NCBI GenBank assembly: GCA_035937095.1
Contig: DASYVN010000003.1
Location: 1-59,836 of the forward strand
Direction of reading: 5' to 3'
Source: Candidatus Limnocylindria bacterium
GTDB taxonomy: Bacteria; Chloroflexota; Limnocylindria; P2-11E
Length of the DNA stretch: 59,836 nucleotides
The position numbers were made by a program, and so were the translations under genes. The notes below the pieces were generated by a model, which saw only the letters and a program-made list of their open reading frames with translations, was not told where the DNA came from and did no database searches. Positions 59,326 to 59,836 of the stretch are shown here, piece by piece. How positions within the stretch are numbered: the first letter of the stretch is position 1; each line of letters begins with the position of its first letter.

Positions 59326-59655
59326 TGTCGCGAGGAACGGCTCCGAGGAGGCGCGGCGTGGCGCGACCTTGACCTCCTGTTCGCCAACGAGCTGGGCGGG
59401 CCGCTCAACGCCTCGAACCTCTTGCGTCGGAGCTTCCGGCCGCTCCTCGAGCGCGCTGGCCTTCCTCGAATCCGATTCCACGACCTTCGCCACACCGCGG
59501 CGACCTTGCTCCTCGGACTCGGGCGGCACCCGAAGGTCGTCTCTGAGATGCTCGGCCACTCGCAGATCAGCGTGACCTTGGACCTCTACAGCCACGTCAC
59601 GCCGACGATGCAACGCGAGGCCGTCCAAGCACTCGACACGCTGCTCGGTTCGTAG
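59326..59655 (+). pseudogene. Tyrosine recombinase/phage integrase, C-terminal catalytic fragment only
   Basis: The fragment reads ...AAWRDLDLLFANELGGPLNASNLLRRSFRPLLERAGLPRIRFHDLRHTAATLLLGLGRHPKVVSEMLGHSQISVTLDLYSHV... and carries HxxR, LGH and the catalytic Y. An in-frame TGA at 59323 and the lack of any N-terminal SAM-like/core-binding or box I region upstream show it is truncated. Confidence 0.75.
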
Positions 59656-59688
59656 ATTGGCTACACGCGTGGCTATAGCGCCATCGAG

Positions 59689-59711
59689 TCGCGCGACGGA
59701 TCGCGCGATTT
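59689..59711 (+). terminator. Hairpin + T-tract downstream of the integrase fragment
   Basis: TCGCGCGA (59689-59696), a CGGA loop, then TCGCGCGA (59701-59708). The 8-mer is self-complementary, so the two copies can pair. TTT follows. Confidence 0.45.
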
Positions 59712-59742
59712 CCGGTGAGGGGCGCGGTGTGCGAGTTCACCT

Positions 59743-59776
59743 CATAGTGGACAGATGTCTCGGGACATAGTGGACA
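59743..59776 (+). repeat. Two direct copies of CATAGTGGACA flanking a short palindrome
   Basis: CATAGTGGACA occurs at 59743-59753 and 59766-59776. GATGTC-TCGG-GACAT lies between them (ATGTC/GACAT inverted). They sit 25-58 nt upstream of an SD+ATG at 59801. Confidence 0.6.
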
Positions 59777-59800
59777 CCCTTCAAGGAGAGGGGTGGGGCG

Positions 59801-59836
59801 ATGGGGCTGGGACGGTACGTCGTCGATGCGGTCGTG
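59801..59836 (+). CDS. 5' end of a gene running off the right edge (possibly an IS-type transposase/HTH protein)
   Basis: AAGGAGAGGGG is followed by ATG 59801. Only MGLGRYVVDAVV is visible. The RY(V/L)VDAVV start reminds me of some actinobacterial IS481-like transposases, but 12 aa is not enough for an assignment. Confidence 0.3.
   Translation, partial: MGLGRYVVDAVV

Larger units (their letters stand above)
55041..59724. mobile_element. Possible decayed tRNA-targeting integrative element (tRNA remnant ... 6xGAF kinase ... truncated integrase ... 12-bp direct repeat)
   Basis: The 12-nt direct repeat CGGTGAGGGGCG occurs at 55041-55052 (the tRNA acceptor end) and at 59713-59724. A tyrosine-recombinase C-terminal fragment lies 58 nt inside the right-hand copy. 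No intact tRNA or full integrase is present. Confidence 0.35.

Noticed and set aside
59713-59800. Intact tRNA adjacent to the integrase fragment
   Set aside because: The minus strand upstream of CGCCCCTCACC lacks any GTTCRANYC T-loop or cloverleaf. Only the 12-nt acceptor-like repeat is present.

Overview
This is a 59.8-kb, gene-dense stretch of a very GC-rich (about 70% by eye) bacterial chromosome, mostly transcribed on the minus strand. Gene content suggests an actinobacterium-like or related terrabacterial lineage, but I cannot assign taxonomy from sequence alone. Most long ORFs in the track are antisense or shadow frames typical of high GC. I called genes only where the protein shows recognisable motifs, G/C-ending codons or tight translational coupling (ATGA/GTGA overlaps). 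Housekeeping content, left to right: hrcA with a perfect CIRCE operator, mscL, lepA-(orf)-hemW, murJ, rpsT, a sugar/glycolysis operon (msiK-like ATPase, DUF4388, ROK kinase, gap, pgk, eno), typA, an ABC exporter pair, coaBC-coaX-coaD, hutI/ftcD, an NSAR/OSBS enzyme and an aquaporin. Accessory or signalling content: a five-gene phosphorelay operon (Cache hybrid kinase, three different REC proteins, HExxH peptidase), a glycoside/compatible-solute cluster with two unusual fusions (PAP2-GH38, USP-USP-GpgS), a cAMP module, and a 6xGAF histidine kinase. The GAF kinase lies between a tRNA 3' remnant and a truncated tyrosine recombinase. The best candidate for something undescribed is a low-GC, two-gene, translationally coupled island at 41.7-43.8 kb. 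It encodes a RecB/Cas4-like PD-(D/E)xK nuclease-motif protein plus a 362-aa protein with no motif I recognise, and it sits between a HAD hydrolase and the CoA-biosynthesis genes. Other points worth a second look: three genes whose conserved N-termini can only be reached from a CTG start overlapping the upstream TGA (CTGA junctions), an unlisted 35-aa bL37-like basic ORF, a frameshifted secreted-protein gene, and IS/integrase debris. No CRISPR array, rRNA or intact tRNA was found. All family assignments rest on motif recognition by eye; no database search was run.
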